A DNA stretch of 64,000 nt from an uncultured Bacilli bacterium (GTDB lineage Bacteria; Bacillota_I; Bacilli_A; RF39; UBA660). The notes beneath the pieces were generated by a model that was given only the letters and a program-made list of their open reading frames with translations, was not told the origin of the DNA and ran no database searches. The position numbers were made by a program, and so were the translations under genes. The stretch lies in assembly GCA_905235045.1 (NCBI GenBank), contig CAJOJO010000009.1, forward strand, positions 4,241-68,240, given 5' to 3'. Positions 9,313-19,678 of the stretch are shown here, in pieces (the stretch's first letter is position 1; each line of letters starts with the position of its first letter).

Positions 9313-10893
9313 TCATTCGGCCTTTATTTTTTCACCATCATAACTATAATTAATATTATGATATGTTATTGTTCCACCAATAATCGCACCTTCATTATTT
9401 AGTTTTAATTCTATCGCATCAGGTGTATACTCATCATATGATGCATAACTAACATCATCAATTACTTTTGGAAACTCATAATTTTCTATTGTTTCTTGGT
9501 TTTCTAAAATCTTTAATTGAACTTGATTAATAAATTTTTCAACTATTTCTTCATCTTTTGAAGAGTCATTAAACACATTATATAAGAAATTTATTTTAGG
9601 CATATTAAGATTATTACTACGAGCATATATGCCTAATCCTAAAAGTCCAATAATCAAAATGATATTAACAACTCCATAAACAAAGAAAACTTTGTCATCA
9701 ATACGTACTTGATTTCTTTTCTTTATCATATTTCTAATATAACTAAAGAATATTACTAAAATGATTAAAGATAACATAATACCAATAATAAACATTAATA
9801 CTTTAGTATTTTTGATAAATCCTAATACAAATAGTTGAATTATAATACTTGGTAATGCGATAAAGCCAAGTATTTTAAATGTAATATTATTCATTTTTTC
9901 AATTTTTGGTACTTGTTTTTTAAATGTTAAAATTGTTGAAATTATAAGAGTAAATAAAGCAGCTAAACGATATAATACGAATGACACAATATCACTTGTA
10001 ACATTATCAAATATTTTATTTAAATACTTTGTTGTTAAAATTAAAGTTCCAAAAACAACTATCATACTTATTAAGTAAATAATTGCAAATTTTAAAATAT
10101 ATTTTGGTTCCTTACTTACTTCTTCTTTTTCTTCTATCGGATCTTTACTCCAGTCATCAGTTATACTTTCGGTTTTGATTGATTCTGATTCTTCCCCTAA
10201 TTCACTAATTGGTTCAATAACTTCTTCTATATCATTATTTAAATCTTGTTGAATTTCATCATTATCTTCTATTGGTTCAACAGTAGTAATCTCAGTTTCA
10301 GTAATTGGTTCTGTTACTTCAACTGGTGAGTTTTCTATAGAACTGTCTTCAGGAATTGATTCATCAATTGCCGAAACTTCTTCTGTTATTGGCTCCATAT
10401 TTTCTTCAACTATTGGTTCAGATTGAACAACTTCTTCAACCATTGGTTCAACAACTTCTTCTCTTACTGGTTCTATATTTTCATTAGTAACTGGTTCAGG
10501 TTGAACTGTAGAAACTTCATTAATGGTTTCTTCTACTGGAGTTTCACTAACTTCTTTAGTAACCGGAGTTTCTACTACTTGTTGATTATTAAAATCTAAC
10601 ACTTCAGTCTTACCCAATTCTTCCTCTACTTCTTCTTTTTTTGCTTCACCATTAACACCTGTTAATTCCCAATCATCAACTACAGGAGTAGGATTAGGCA
10701 CTACGTTTTCAACTACTTCACCATTATTCCAAGGAACTTCCTTTACTTCTTCCTGCTCGATAACGCTAACAACGGTATCATCTGTTGGCGCAATATTTTG
10801 TTTTCTTTCTCCATCTAATTTTTGAAAACAACCTTTACAAAAATTAGTACTACCATCATTTATTGTCCCACATATATCACACTTTATTTCCAT
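9313..10893 (-). CDS. Membrane protein with N-terminal zinc-ribbon and acidic E/P/V-rich linker
   Basis: CDICGTINDGSTNFCKGCFQKL zinc ribbon. Roughly 200-aa low-complexity acidic linker. At least 5 predicted TM helices. C-terminal soluble domain. Confidence 0.45.
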   Translation of the reverse strand: MEIKCDICGTINDGSTNFCKGCFQKLDGERKQNIAPTDDTVVSVIEQEEVKEVPWNNGEVVENVVPNPTPVVDDWELTGVNGEAKKEEVEEELGKTEVLDFNNQQVVETPVTKEVSETPVEETINEVSTVQPEPVTNENIEPVREEVVEPMVEEVVQSEPIVEENMEPITEEVSAIDESIPEDSSIENSPVEVTEPITETEITTVEPIEDNDEIQQDLNNDIEEVIEPISELGEESESIKTESITDDWSKDPIEEKEEVSKEPKYILKFAIIYLISMIVVFGTLILTTKYLNKIFDNVTSDIVSFVLYRLAALFTLIISTILTFKKQVPKIEKMNNITFKILGFIALPSIIIQLFVLGFIKNTKVLMFIIGIMLSLIILVIFFSYIRNMIKKRNQVRIDDKVFFVYGVVNIILIIGLLGLGIYARSNNLNMPKINFLYNVFNDSSKDEEIVEKFINQVQLKILENQETIENYEFPKVIDDVSYASYDEYTPDAIELKLNNEGAIIGGTITYHNINYSYDGEKIKAE

Positions 10894-10935
10894 ATAAACA
10901 CCTCTTTTAATTCACCGAAAAAAGAACAAATAGTC

Positions 10936-11157
10936 CTAATTTTCAAATAATGGAATTATATTAGCTAATTCACTATCATCGATAGGTTCTAATATTAATT
11001 CATTATCATTTATTTGTTCTTTTCTAAATAATACTTCAATTGGCTTACTAGAAGTTACTAAATAAACATAAGTTTCATTATTATATTCTATTTTTTTTAA
11101 AACCATATATTCTTTATTATCCTCTAGTTCAATTATTTGCCCCTCTTCTATTCTCAT
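10936..11157 (-). CDS. Small protein, DUF1292-like
   Basis: 73 aa. IELEDNKEYMVLKKIEYNNETYVYL pattern resembling the DUF1292 family of Firmicutes. Weak. Confidence 0.3.
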   Translation of the reverse strand: MRIEEGQIIELEDNKEYMVLKKIEYNNETYVYLVTSSKPIEVLFRKEQINDNELILEPIDDSELANIIPLFEN

Positions 11158-11166
11158 ATTTGCCTC

Positions 11167-13773
11167 CTATCGATATTTATTTCCACCTTCAGTTAATTGT
11201 ACACCATTTGGTGAACTGTTTGAACGGAAACTCAAATAATCATGAGTTGGTGCCATAGTGCCTGTTAATATAGCATCCATCATTGCGTCAACTTGGGCTG
11301 CTGTAGCAGGGTCACCTTGATAATAATTACCATTTGTATATTGTTTATAGTGACCACCCAAATATGATTCAAATTGACCAGGTGCGGTTGTAACAGCATA
11401 AGCACTTGTTCCACTATTATTCATACGATTTTTAATACATGATGCTACATTAGCTATTTCAGTAGGATTATTCCCCGCTTCATGCCTAATTGTAGCTTTT
11501 ACTATGTCTAATTGTTGTGGGGTTAAGCCTAAAATAGCAGCAGTATCACTCGTTGGCGCAGTTTGAACAACTGGTTGCTCAATTGGTTCAACTACTACAG
11601 GCTCTTGAGTAGATTGTTCCACTACAGGAGTTTGAATTTCTTCTTTAATTGGTTTAATTACTTCTTCAACCTTAGGATCTTCTTTCTCAACTTTATCTAC
11701 TTTAGAAGCTGTTTTTTCCTCTTTAATTGGTTCAATTACTTCCTCAATCTTAGAAGTCTCATCATTTTTTGTTATATCAACTTTAGATTCCTCATTAACT
11801 GTCTCTTGTTGTTCGTCTATCCTTTTAAATTCAGCAGTAGGAATCTTATCTAAAACAGGGGTTTCTTTATTTACATCTTCAATTTTTTCTTCTTCAACAA
11901 CTGTTTCTGTTTTTTCTTCATTTATTGATAATTCTGGTTCTTCCACTGTTTCTTGCTTTGATTCTAAGCCATCATTTTCTAAGGTAGCTTGTACTTTAGC
12001 AGGCCATGCTGAATTATTTTTATCATATTTAGAGCCAATTTCTTCTAAAGTATTTAAACCTTGACCAAAGTATTTATCTTGTAACATTGTTAAGAATTTA
12101 TCTAAACCTTCTTCTTTGGTTGCAAAATCCATAGGCTCATAATTCTTAGTCATCATTCCACCATAGTTATTTTTATTTAAAAATGCTGATGATGTATAAT
12201 TACCTGTTTCTTGTCTTGAAATAGCAACGGCCATTTTTATTTGATCATCAGTAAATCCTCTATTACGAGCAGCAGCAGCTATTTCATTACTTTCGTCAAA
12301 CTTAAAACTAAAATCAGAACTTGTAGCTAATCTTTCTTCTGGTTCTTCTTCAATAACTTGATTATTATTCTCAACTATTTCATTTGTTTCTTCTATAGAA
12401 TTTTCAACTATTTCATTTGTTTCTTCTACTATAGGTTCTTCTTTTATTTCAGGAACTTGTTCAATAGTATTTTCTTCTCCTACGCCACTTTCATTATCTG
12501 ATGATAAATCTTCTTCCGAAATAGTTTCTAAAGTGGAAGTTTCCTCATTATTTATTTCATTCATTGGTTCTACTACTTCAGTTATATCGGGAACTGGATT
12601 TACTATTTCATTAATGGTCTCTTGGGCATTAGAAATAGCGTCCATAGTAGCATTTCCTAACTCAACAGCTTTTTCACTAATACTTTGAGTAGCATTAGCC
12701 ATTCCAGAAAACGCATTATTCATTTGTTCTGTAACCATAGTTACATTAGATTCTTCCAAACTATTATCAATTTGAGTTACTACTTTTTGTTCATTTGTTT
12801 CAATATTCTTTTTTAATGCTGGTAAAGCTGCCGTTAAAAGAGTTACTGACATAGTCATAATAGCAACTTTCTTTTTAATTTTTTGTTTAATATTAACAAC
12901 TTTTAAAGGTTTTTCTTCTTCTTTTGAACGATTAATATATTTATTAACTGCTAAACTTAATTCTTCTAAACTTATATAGGTACCATCTGGTAAAGTAGCT
13001 TCATTATCAATTTCACCTACTGTTTGAATACCAGCTTGTCCCAAAGTTACTTCTTTTTCATTGGTTTCATTAGTTTTAACATTTAAACAACGACTAAGGT
13101 TACTAGCTACTACTTTTAAATCACTAAGTGATAAATTAGGATTACTAGTAATTAATTCTTTACTATTAGGTACGCCATCTAAAGCATCAATTAAATGAAT
13201 AAATTCATCACGATTAACAAATTTACCATTACTTATTCTTCTATTTAAAACTAGTTTACCTTTTACTTCACCATCTATTTTAATTACTTCATTATCTTTA
13301 ACATCAATACTAGAAACACTATCAATAACAGCGTTACCCATTTCGTTAATAACACTTATATTTTCTCCAATTATTTTATTATAGGTTTCTTTTAATTCGG
13401 TAATTGTTCTTGCTTGATAAGTTGCTGGATTTTCTTGTTTTAAAAAGTTAATATAATTATCATAATAGTGAGACATAATACCTTGTTTTATACGTGGAGC
13501 ACGTGTTTTTAAAACATCCCAATATGATTTACGATTAGCTAATGCTTCATTCTCTAAAGAAAGTAAAATGTTCTTTTCAACAACTAATCGTAACGTATCA
13601 GCTGAATAACTTTCTAATTCTTCCTTTACATCTTTATCAATATCCAAAGGTCTTTCATTCATAATGTCATCAATAAGACGACTAACACCTTTGTTACCCA
13701 TTTTTTCTAAAGTCTTTCTTAATAAATCTTCAACTATTTTTTCAACTTTCTCAATATTATAATTTAAATCCAT
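11167..13773 (-). CDS. Multidomain membrane-anchored cell-wall hydrolase: glucosaminidase-like + SleB/CwlJ-like (Hydrolase_2) domains
   Basis: 868 aa. TM segment KVAIMTMSVTLLTAALPAL. Glu-rich tandem-repeat linker (EETNEIVEN x2). Domain with MAVAISRQETG ... SAWPAKV similar to ORF 863-1474. C-terminal ATIRHEAGNNPTEIANVASCIKNRMN ... GQFESY (Hydrolase_2 block). Confidence 0.55.
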   Translation of the reverse strand: MDLNYNIEKVEKIVEDLLRKTLEKMGNKGVSRLIDDIMNERPLDIDKDVKEELESYSADTLRLVVEKNILLSLENEALANRKSYWDVLKTRAPRIKQGIMSHYYDNYINFLKQENPATYQARTITELKETYNKIIGENISVINEMGNAVIDSVSSIDVKDNEVIKIDGEVKGKLVLNRRISNGKFVNRDEFIHLIDALDGVPNSKELITSNPNLSLSDLKVVASNLSRCLNVKTNETNEKEVTLGQAGIQTVGEIDNEATLPDGTYISLEELSLAVNKYINRSKEEEKPLKVVNIKQKIKKKVAIMTMSVTLLTAALPALKKNIETNEQKVVTQIDNSLEESNVTMVTEQMNNAFSGMANATQSISEKAVELGNATMDAISNAQETINEIVNPVPDITEVVEPMNEINNEETSTLETISEEDLSSDNESGVGEENTIEQVPEIKEEPIVEETNEIVENSIEETNEIVENNNQVIEEEPEERLATSSDFSFKFDESNEIAAAARNRGFTDDQIKMAVAISRQETGNYTSSAFLNKNNYGGMMTKNYEPMDFATKEEGLDKFLTMLQDKYFGQGLNTLEEIGSKYDKNNSAWPAKVQATLENDGLESKQETVEEPELSINEEKTETVVEEEKIEDVNKETPVLDKIPTAEFKRIDEQQETVNEESKVDITKNDETSKIEEVIEPIKEEKTASKVDKVEKEDPKVEEVIKPIKEEIQTPVVEQSTQEPVVVEPIEQPVVQTAPTSDTAAILGLTPQQLDIVKATIRHEAGNNPTEIANVASCIKNRMNNSGTSAYAVTTAPGQFESYLGGHYKQYTNGNYYQGDPATAAQVDAMMDAILTGTMAPTHDYLSFRSNSSPNGVQLTEGGNKYR

Positions 13774-13859
13774 ATAATCACCTATCTTATCTATCTATAT
13801 TATAACCTAAATAAAAAGAAAATCATAGTTTTTAAAGTAAAAATCTATGATTTTTGTCA

Positions 13860-15944
13860 TTATTTTACGATAAATTTAAAATCTTTATCATAATCAACAT
13901 TAATAACACTATTATAATTAATATTTCCTTCAATTATTAGTTTTGCAATGTTTGTTTCTAAAATACGACTAACTAATCTTTTTAAAGGTCTAGCGCCATA
14001 ATTAATGTCATAACCACTATCAATTAGTTCTTTTCTAGCTTTTTCAGTTAATTCGATTTTAATATTTAAATCACTTAAACGATCTTCTATTTCTTTAATA
14101 ATTTTGTTTAGTATTTTACTAATACTATTTTTTTCAAGCGGTTTAAAGACAATTATTTCATCCAAGCGATTAATAAATTCAGGACGAAAATGATCTTTTA
14201 ATGATGGAATTACTTTATCAGTATTGCCATCTAAGATAAATTCACTACCTAAATTAGAAGTCATAATAATAATTGTATTTTTAAAATCAACTGTTCGACC
14301 ATTAGAATCAGTAATACGACCATCATCTAATATTTGTAATAATAAATTTAATACATCAGGATGAGCTTTTTCAATTTCATCAAATAAAACAATACTATAT
14401 GGGTTTCTTCTTATTGCTTCGGTTAATTCACCGCCTTCTTCATAGCCAACATATCCTGGAGGCGAACCAATTAGACGAGATGTTGAGAATTTTTCCATAT
14501 ACTCACTCATATCAATACGAACCATATGTTTTTCATCATCAAACAATTCATAAGCTAAAGTTCTAGCTATTTCGGTTTTACCAACTCCAGTAGGACCTAA
14601 AAACATAAATGAACCAATTGGACGGTTAGGATCTTTAATACCACTTCTTGATTTTAAAATTGCATCACTTACTAATTTTAAAGCTTCGTCTTGACCAATA
14701 ACACGTTTTTTCATATTATCTTCCAAATTTAATAGTTTTTCTTTTTCGCTACTTAGTAATTTAGCAATCGGAATATTTGTCCATTTTGATATAACTTGCG
14801 CAATATCATCACTAGTTACTGTATCACTTAATAACTTGTTTTCACTTTGACATTTAAGTTTCTTAATTTCTTCTTCTAACTCTGGTATTTTACCATGTTT
14901 TAAAATAGCAGCTTTATTCAAATCATAGTTGTTTTCTGCTTGTTCTAATTCAAATTTTGCTTGCTCTAATTCAACTTTTTTACTTTTAATATCATTACTT
15001 AGATTTTTTTCTTTATTCCAAGCTTCAGTTAACTCCTTTTCTTTTACTTTTAATTTAGCTAATTCTTCATCTATATCAGTTAAACGTTTTTTTGATAATT
15101 CATCTTTTTCCTTTTTAATTGCTTGTTTTTCAATTTCTAATTTCATTATTTTACGAGTTAATGTATCTAATGATGTTGGAACTGAGTCCATTTGAACTCT
15201 TATTGTTGCACAAGCTTCGTCAACTAAATCAATTGCTTTATCGGGTAAAAAGCGATCTGTTATATAACGATTTGATAAAGTTGCTGCACTAATTAAGGCC
15301 TTATCTTGAATACTAACTCCATGGTGAATTTCAAAACGATGTTTTAAACCACGTAAAATAGTAATTGTATCTTCTACATTTGGTTCTGAAACTAATATTC
15401 TTTGAAATCTTCTTTCTAAGGCACCATCTTTTTCTATATATTTACGATATTCATTTAATGTAGTAGCACCAATAACATGAATTTCACCACGAGCTAACAT
15501 TGGCTTTAAAATATTAGATGTATCCATAGCATTATTAGAGCCAGCTCCAACAATCATATGAATTTCATCGATAAACATAATAATATTACCTTCTGATTTT
15601 TTTATTTCGTTTAGAACATTTTTTAGTCTTTCTTCAAATTCACCTTGGTATTTAGCTCCAGCTATTAAAGATGCCATATCAAGTTCCCAAATAGTTTTTT
15701 CTTTTAAACTACTAGGAACGTCACCTTTTACAATACGTAAAGCTAATCCTTCAATAATGGCTGTTTTACCGACACCTGGTTCACCAATTAAAACTGGATT
15801 ATTTTTTGTTTTTCTTGATAATATACGGGTAATACTACGTATTTCTTCGTCTCGACCAATAACGGGATCTATTTTGCCTTTTTTCACTTCTTCAGTAATG
15901 TTACGTCCATATTTTTCTAAAACATTTTCTTCTTGTAAATTCAT
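13860..15944 (-). CDS. clpB: Chaperone ClpB (short form lacking N-domain)
   Basis: Two AAA+ modules ([10 protein letters not shown]; GPTGVGKTE). Long coiled-coil M-domain. Starts at [28 protein letters not shown], equivalent to ClpB residue ~160. CIRCE operator upstream. Confidence 0.8.
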   Translation of the reverse strand: MNLQEENVLEKYGRNITEEVKKGKIDPVIGRDEEIRSITRILSRKTKNNPVLIGEPGVGKTAIIEGLALRIVKGDVPSSLKEKTIWELDMASLIAGAKYQGEFEERLKNVLNEIKKSEGNIIMFIDEIHMIVGAGSNNAMDTSNILKPMLARGEIHVIGATTLNEYRKYIEKDGALERRFQRILVSEPNVEDTITILRGLKHRFEIHHGVSIQDKALISAATLSNRYITDRFLPDKAIDLVDEACATIRVQMDSVPTSLDTLTRKIMKLEIEKQAIKKEKDELSKKRLTDIDEELAKLKVKEKELTEAWNKEKNLSNDIKSKKVELEQAKFELEQAENNYDLNKAAILKHGKIPELEEEIKKLKCQSENKLLSDTVTSDDIAQVISKWTNIPIAKLLSSEKEKLLNLEDNMKKRVIGQDEALKLVSDAILKSRSGIKDPNRPIGSFMFLGPTGVGKTEIARTLAYELFDDEKHMVRIDMSEYMEKFSTSRLIGSPPGYVGYEEGGELTEAIRRNPYSIVLFDEIEKAHPDVLNLLLQILDDGRITDSNGRTVDFKNTIIIMTSNLGSEFILDGNTDKVIPSLKDHFRPEFINRLDEIIVFKPLEKNSISKILNKIIKEIEDRLSDLNIKIELTEKARKELIDSGYDINYGARPLKRLVSRILETNIAKLIIEGNINYNSVINVDYDKDFKFIVK

Positions 15945-15981
15945 ACTTATCCCTCCTTATAAAAATAATTATAGCACTTTT

Positions 15982-16008
15982 TTAGCACTTGTCAATAAAG
16001 AGTGCTAA
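15982..16008. promoter_or_regulatory. CIRCE element (HrcA operator) upstream of clpB
   Basis: TTAGCACTT-GTCAATAAA-GAGTGCTAA equals the consensus TTAGCACTC-N9-GAGTGCTAA with one mismatch. About 40 nt upstream of the clpB start. Confidence 0.8.
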
Positions 16009-16030
16009 TAAAACTAATAAAAAAAGATTA

Positions 16031-16549
16031 CTAATATAATCTTTTTGTTATTATTTTTCTTCTTTTTTCTCGTGCTTTTAATTCTTGAAACTCACTACTA
16101 CTTATAAATTCATCCAAGCGTTTTGGTTGAAATAAATAGTAATTACTTTTTTCACCAACATAAATATGGGTTGCTAATTTTTGGCCCATACAATTAGCGG
16201 ATAAATTAGTTCTTAATATTTCTCCAACAATAAATGAGTTAAATAAATCTGGTCTTAATATTTTAATTGCCTCGGTTCCATAACCTTTATTACGATATTT
16301 ATCGATAATAGCACCGTCAATAAATTTGATATTATTAATATCTTCTTGAACTAAGTTTAAAAAACCAATTGGTTTACCATTTAATAAAATTAAACACATT
16401 GGATTAGATGCATATAAACGATCTTGTTTAGAATAGTAAATTTCTTTAATACCCGGTTCATGGCCCATCATATGATATATTTTTTCGTATACATCTATAT
16501 AGTTTATATTATAACGATTATCGCAAAGTCCATCAACTAATTCTATCAT
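16031..16549 (-). CDS. GNAT family N-acetyltransferase
   Basis: IIDKYRNKGYGTEAIKIL acetyl-CoA binding motif (R/Q-x-x-G-x-G/A). Confidence 0.55.
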   Translation of the reverse strand: MIELVDGLCDNRYNINYIDVYEKIYHMMGHEPGIKEIYYSKQDRLYASNPMCLILLNGKPIGFLNLVQEDINNIKFIDGAIIDKYRNKGYGTEAIKILRPDLFNSFIVGEILRTNLSANCMGQKLATHIYVGEKSNYYLFQPKRLDEFISSSEFQELKAREKRRKIITKRLY

Positions 16550-16614
16550 ATAATTCTCCTTTTTTTTAATGTATTATACTCTCTTTTAAATTTTAGTCAA
16601 TAAAAAAAGATATT

Positions 16615-17013
16615 CTATTTTTTCTTTAGAATATCTCTTATTTCTTCTAATAATAATGTTTCATCACTTTTAACTGGTTTACTTGGTTCTTCTTTACGTT
16701 TAAATTTTTGAAATAATTTAATCATCATAAAGATACAGAAAGCAATAATTAAGAAATCAACAACTGATTGAATAAAAGAACCATATGCGATAGTTGCATC
16801 ATTAATATTAATTGTTAAACTATTAAAGTTTAATCCACCAAGTAAAGTACCAATTAATGGCATTAAGATATCATTAACTAAACTTGTAACAATTTTTCCA
16901 AAAGCACCACCAATAATAACACCAACAGCCATATCAACAACATTACCGCGAGATATAAATTCTTTAAATTCGTTTACTCCTTTTGAAACATTATTTAATT
17001 TCTTTTTTGCCAT
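16615..17013 (-). CDS. mscL: Large-conductance mechanosensitive channel MscL
   Basis: [40 protein letters not shown] signature of MscL. 132 aa. Confidence 0.85.
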   Translation of the reverse strand: MAKKKLNNVSKGVNEFKEFISRGNVVDMAVGVIIGGAFGKIVTSLVNDILMPLIGTLLGGLNFNSLTININDATIAYGSFIQSVVDFLIIAFCIFMMIKLFQKFKRKEEPSKPVKSDETLLLEEIRDILKKK

Positions 17014-17108
17014 ATTATTCCTCCTAACAAAATTATATCATTATTTTAAAAGAATGCTATTAAAATTTATAAATTTATGATATAATAAGCTCTAATTGGA
17101 GGGATATT

Positions 17109-17753
17109 ATGTTAAATTTAGAAGAAAAGTATTATGATACAAGTGTATTAACAATTATTTTAGAAAGTGTTTTTGAAAAATCACCTGAACAAATAAGAAA
17201 AAGCATTGAAAATGAAAAAATTACTATTACCGATGATGAAATTAAAAAATTTTTAGATGATAATGTAAAATCTAATAAATATAATTATGAACCATATACA
17301 TTAAAATATTTCAAAACTTATACAGATATATTAAGAGAAAAAGTTAATTCATTATTATACATTATTGAAAATTTGGATAAAAAAGAAATTGACTTAATTA
17401 AAGAAACACTTATTGATTTAGATATTAATTTAGATGAAAATAATAATATTTTAAAAAGCGATATTATTCGTTTATTAAAACCAACTATCTTTAATATTAA
17501 TATTTTAAAAGGGAATGTTAGAAAAGCTAATAATGTTAAAACTTATTTAGATTTTAATATCTCATTAGATTCAATATATATGGATGGATTTACAGAAGAA
17601 GAAATTTATCCAAATAAATCACTACAAATTAAAAACTTATATTACAATCATACACCAGGTAATGTTGATTTATCAGAAAATCAAGTTGCTGAATTAACAG
17701 AAGAAGATAGAAAAAAAATGGTTTATTTCTTGGATATAATGAATAATAAATAA
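17109..17753 (+). CDS. Hypothetical protein (214 aa)
   Basis: GGAGGG RBS. No motif match. Ends at the hairpin that starts the 37-bp repeat. Confidence 0.4.
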   Translation: MLNLEEKYYDTSVLTIILESVFEKSPEQIRKSIENEKITITDDEIKKFLDDNVKSNKYNYEPYTLKYFKTYTDILREKVNSLLYIIENLDKKEIDLIKETLIDLDINLDENNNILKSDIIRLLKPTIFNINILKGNVRKANNVKTYLDFNISLDSIYMDGFTEEEIYPNKSLQIKNLYYNHTPGNVDLSENQVAELTEEDRKKMVYFLDIMNNK

Positions 17754-17756
17754 AAG

Positions 17757-17793
17757 AACTCACTATTAAGTGAGTTTATTTTTATATGGGGCG
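17757..17793. repeat. Left copy of 37-bp direct repeat: terminator hairpin + duplicated 3' tail of tRNA-His (att-like)
   Basis: aactcactattaagtgagtttatttttAtatggggcg matches 32164-32200 at 36/37. tggggcg is the reverse complement of the tRNA-His 3' terminus. Homology stops exactly there. Confidence 0.5.
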
Positions 17794-17917
17794 ATAACAA
17801 AGGTTATCTGAAACCCTAAAGTAAAAGTTGATAAACAACTAATTCCTATAAACATTATAGCAAAATGATACTTGATAGATTATCATATCATATTTTTATA
17901 TTTTTCTATCTATATAT

Positions 17918-18058
17918 TTATTTATTTTTAATTGGTAATGGTTTAATTAAACTACCAATTTGTATATTTTCGTTATCTATCATCTTATTTTGCATTTTAG
18001 TTTTACTTTCTAATTGTAATAACATTAATTTAAGTACTAATAACTGTTTTTTTGTCAT
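17918..18058 (-). CDS. Small ORF (46 aa) with strong SD, unknown function
   Basis: AAAGGGGGAGAG 6 nt upstream of ATG. MTKKQLLVLKLMLLQLESKTKMQNKMIDNENIQIGSLIKPLPIKNK. More credible than the overlapping plus-strand 104-aa low-complexity ORF. Confidence 0.3.
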   Translation of the reverse strand: MTKKQLLVLKLMLLQLESKTKMQNKMIDNENIQIGSLIKPLPIKNK

Positions 18059-18124
18059 ATACTCTCCCCCTTTATTTGATAGACCATACTATAACACTAT
18101 TTTCTTTATTTGTCAATATAAAAG

Positions 18125-18150
18125 CTCACTATTAAGTGAGTTTATTTTAT
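18125..18150. terminator. Third copy of the ctcactattaagtgag hairpin terminator (no tRNA tail)
   Basis: ctcactattaagtgagtttatttta is identical to the hairpin part of the 37-bp repeat, followed by a T-run. Intrinsic terminator structure (7-bp stem, 6-nt loop). Confidence 0.5.
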
Positions 18151-18283
18151 TCAACCATTATAACGTATCCATAATATAGAATAAATACTAGTAGTAATAT
18201 TAAACCTTCTTTTCTTGAAATTATTCTATCTGTAGATGAAAATATAAATAGCAAAAAGGCAGCTAAAATCGTAGTCTGCCTCC

Positions 18284-19249
18284 TTATTTTATATCTAAAT
18301 AACATTCTTTTTTTAGAAAATCAAATATTTTTTTATCATTATCTGTTTCATAGTAATCAATTAGTAATTTTTTGTATTTATTTACTTTTTCAGCAGGAAT
18401 TACAATCATCCCTTTACCTTTTGAAATTAAGTAATGATTAGCAAATATAACTGAAGTTCTTTTATTACCATCAATAAACATTTGTTTTTTTACAACATAT
18501 AATAATAATTCAATTGCTTTATCAACATCATTACTACTACTATTAACAATATTATTTATATCATCTTTAATATCAGATTCAATTGGTAAAGATGGTTTCC
18601 ATGTTGTCCCACCGATATCTACTGATACACTTCTTAACATACCAGCATTATAATAAAAGCCTTCTTCAACTAATTTGTTAATCATACATAATATTGAATA
18701 ATCTGTTTTTGATAAAATAACATTTTTATTTAAAACAAATTCCCAAGCATGTTTTAAATTTACAATCTTTAATATGTCATCTGATGACATATTATTTACC
18801 TTACCACCTTCAATAATATTTTCAGTATCAGATAAAGTTGTTGCCACACCTTCTAATATTGCTTGTTTATAAATAGTATTAGCTAAATTTTTTTTAGCAA
18901 AATCAATATTATTACTTACTTCATAAGTTAATTCTTGATCTATATAATTTAGTTCTTTTAGTTCCTTTTCTATTTTTTTAATTTCTTTTTTTAATTCTTT
19001 TGCTTTAACATTATTATTTAAAATTAAATTATATAATTCATCACTATATTCACCAATATATTTAGATTTTTTAATACCATTTATTCTTACGTGAGTATAA
19101 ATATATTTATTATTGTTTTTTTTTCTTATTTCGATTGAACCATATATTAGTTTTTCTAATTCTACTTGCTTATTTTGTTTTATATTTAGCAAACTTAATA
19201 TTTTAGCTTGAGTTTCCATAGTTATCACCTCAATATAATTATAACACAA
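18284..19249 (-). CDS. Fic/Doc (Fido)-like protein with degenerate active-site motif
   Basis: C-terminal QMFIDGNKRTSVIFANHYL resembles the Fic motif HxFx(D/E)GNGRxxR, but H is replaced by Q and G by K. N-terminal coiled coil. Confidence 0.4.
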   Translation of the reverse strand: MCYNYIEVITMETQAKILSLLNIKQNKQVELEKLIYGSIEIRKKNNNKYIYTHVRINGIKKSKYIGEYSDELYNLILNNNVKAKELKKEIKKIEKELKELNYIDQELTYEVSNNIDFAKKNLANTIYKQAILEGVATTLSDTENIIEGGKVNNMSSDDILKIVNLKHAWEFVLNKNVILSKTDYSILCMINKLVEEGFYYNAGMLRSVSVDIGGTTWKPSLPIESDIKDDINNIVNSSSNDVDKAIELLLYVVKKQMFIDGNKRTSVIFANHYLISKGKGMIVIPAEKVNKYKKLLIDYYETDNDKKIFDFLKKECYLDIK

Positions 19250-19314
19250 AAAATAAAAATGTGGAACTTTTTTTATATTTTTTTATAATTTTGTTCCACA
19301 TTTACTAAATACTA

Positions 19315-19659
19315 TTACATATTTTTTACACAATCCCAAATGGAATTCCATTTATCATCAATACGATTTTTTTCAAATACAATCTTTTTATCTTTTTTAT
19401 AAATATTATCTTCACTATCACAAAGCTCTGTTGATAAACAATAATTATATTGAATTTTTGCATTCACAGAAGAAATTATATAAAATGATATAGCTGCATC
19501 TAATTCATTGTTATTATCATCAAAATCTAATTCTATATTCTTTAATTCTTTATTATTTTCTAAAATATAATTACCAATTGCTTCACCAATATCTGGATTA
19601 TGAGCATAATCATTTTCCAAAAAATCTTTAATTTTTATTGTCTTCTTTTTATTAAACAT
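19315..19659 (-). CDS. Hypothetical protein (114 aa)
   Basis: ORF in the island cargo. No motifs. Confidence 0.3.
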   Translation of the reverse strand: MFNKKKTIKIKDFLENDYAHNPDIGEAIGNYILENNKELKNIELDFDDNNNELDAAISFYIISSVNAKIQYNYCLSTELCDSEDNIYKKDKKIVFEKNRIDDKWNSIWDCVKNM

Positions 19660-19678
19660 ATTTCCTCCTATTATTATA

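Noticed and set aside
11563-11853. 96-aa plus-strand ORF inside the 868-aa hydrolase gene
   Set aside because: Antisense of the Glu-rich repeat region, giving a Phe/Asn/Leu low-complexity product.
14929-16008. 88-aa and 83-aa plus-strand ORFs antisense to clpB
   Set aside because: Embedded in a highly conserved clpB coding region. The second also runs through the CIRCE element.
17865-18179. Plus-strand 104-aa ORF at the island's left junction
   Set aside because: Extremely hydrophobic/low-complexity translation of AT-rich DNA. It spans two terminator hairpins and overlaps a better-supported minus-strand small ORF with a strong SD.
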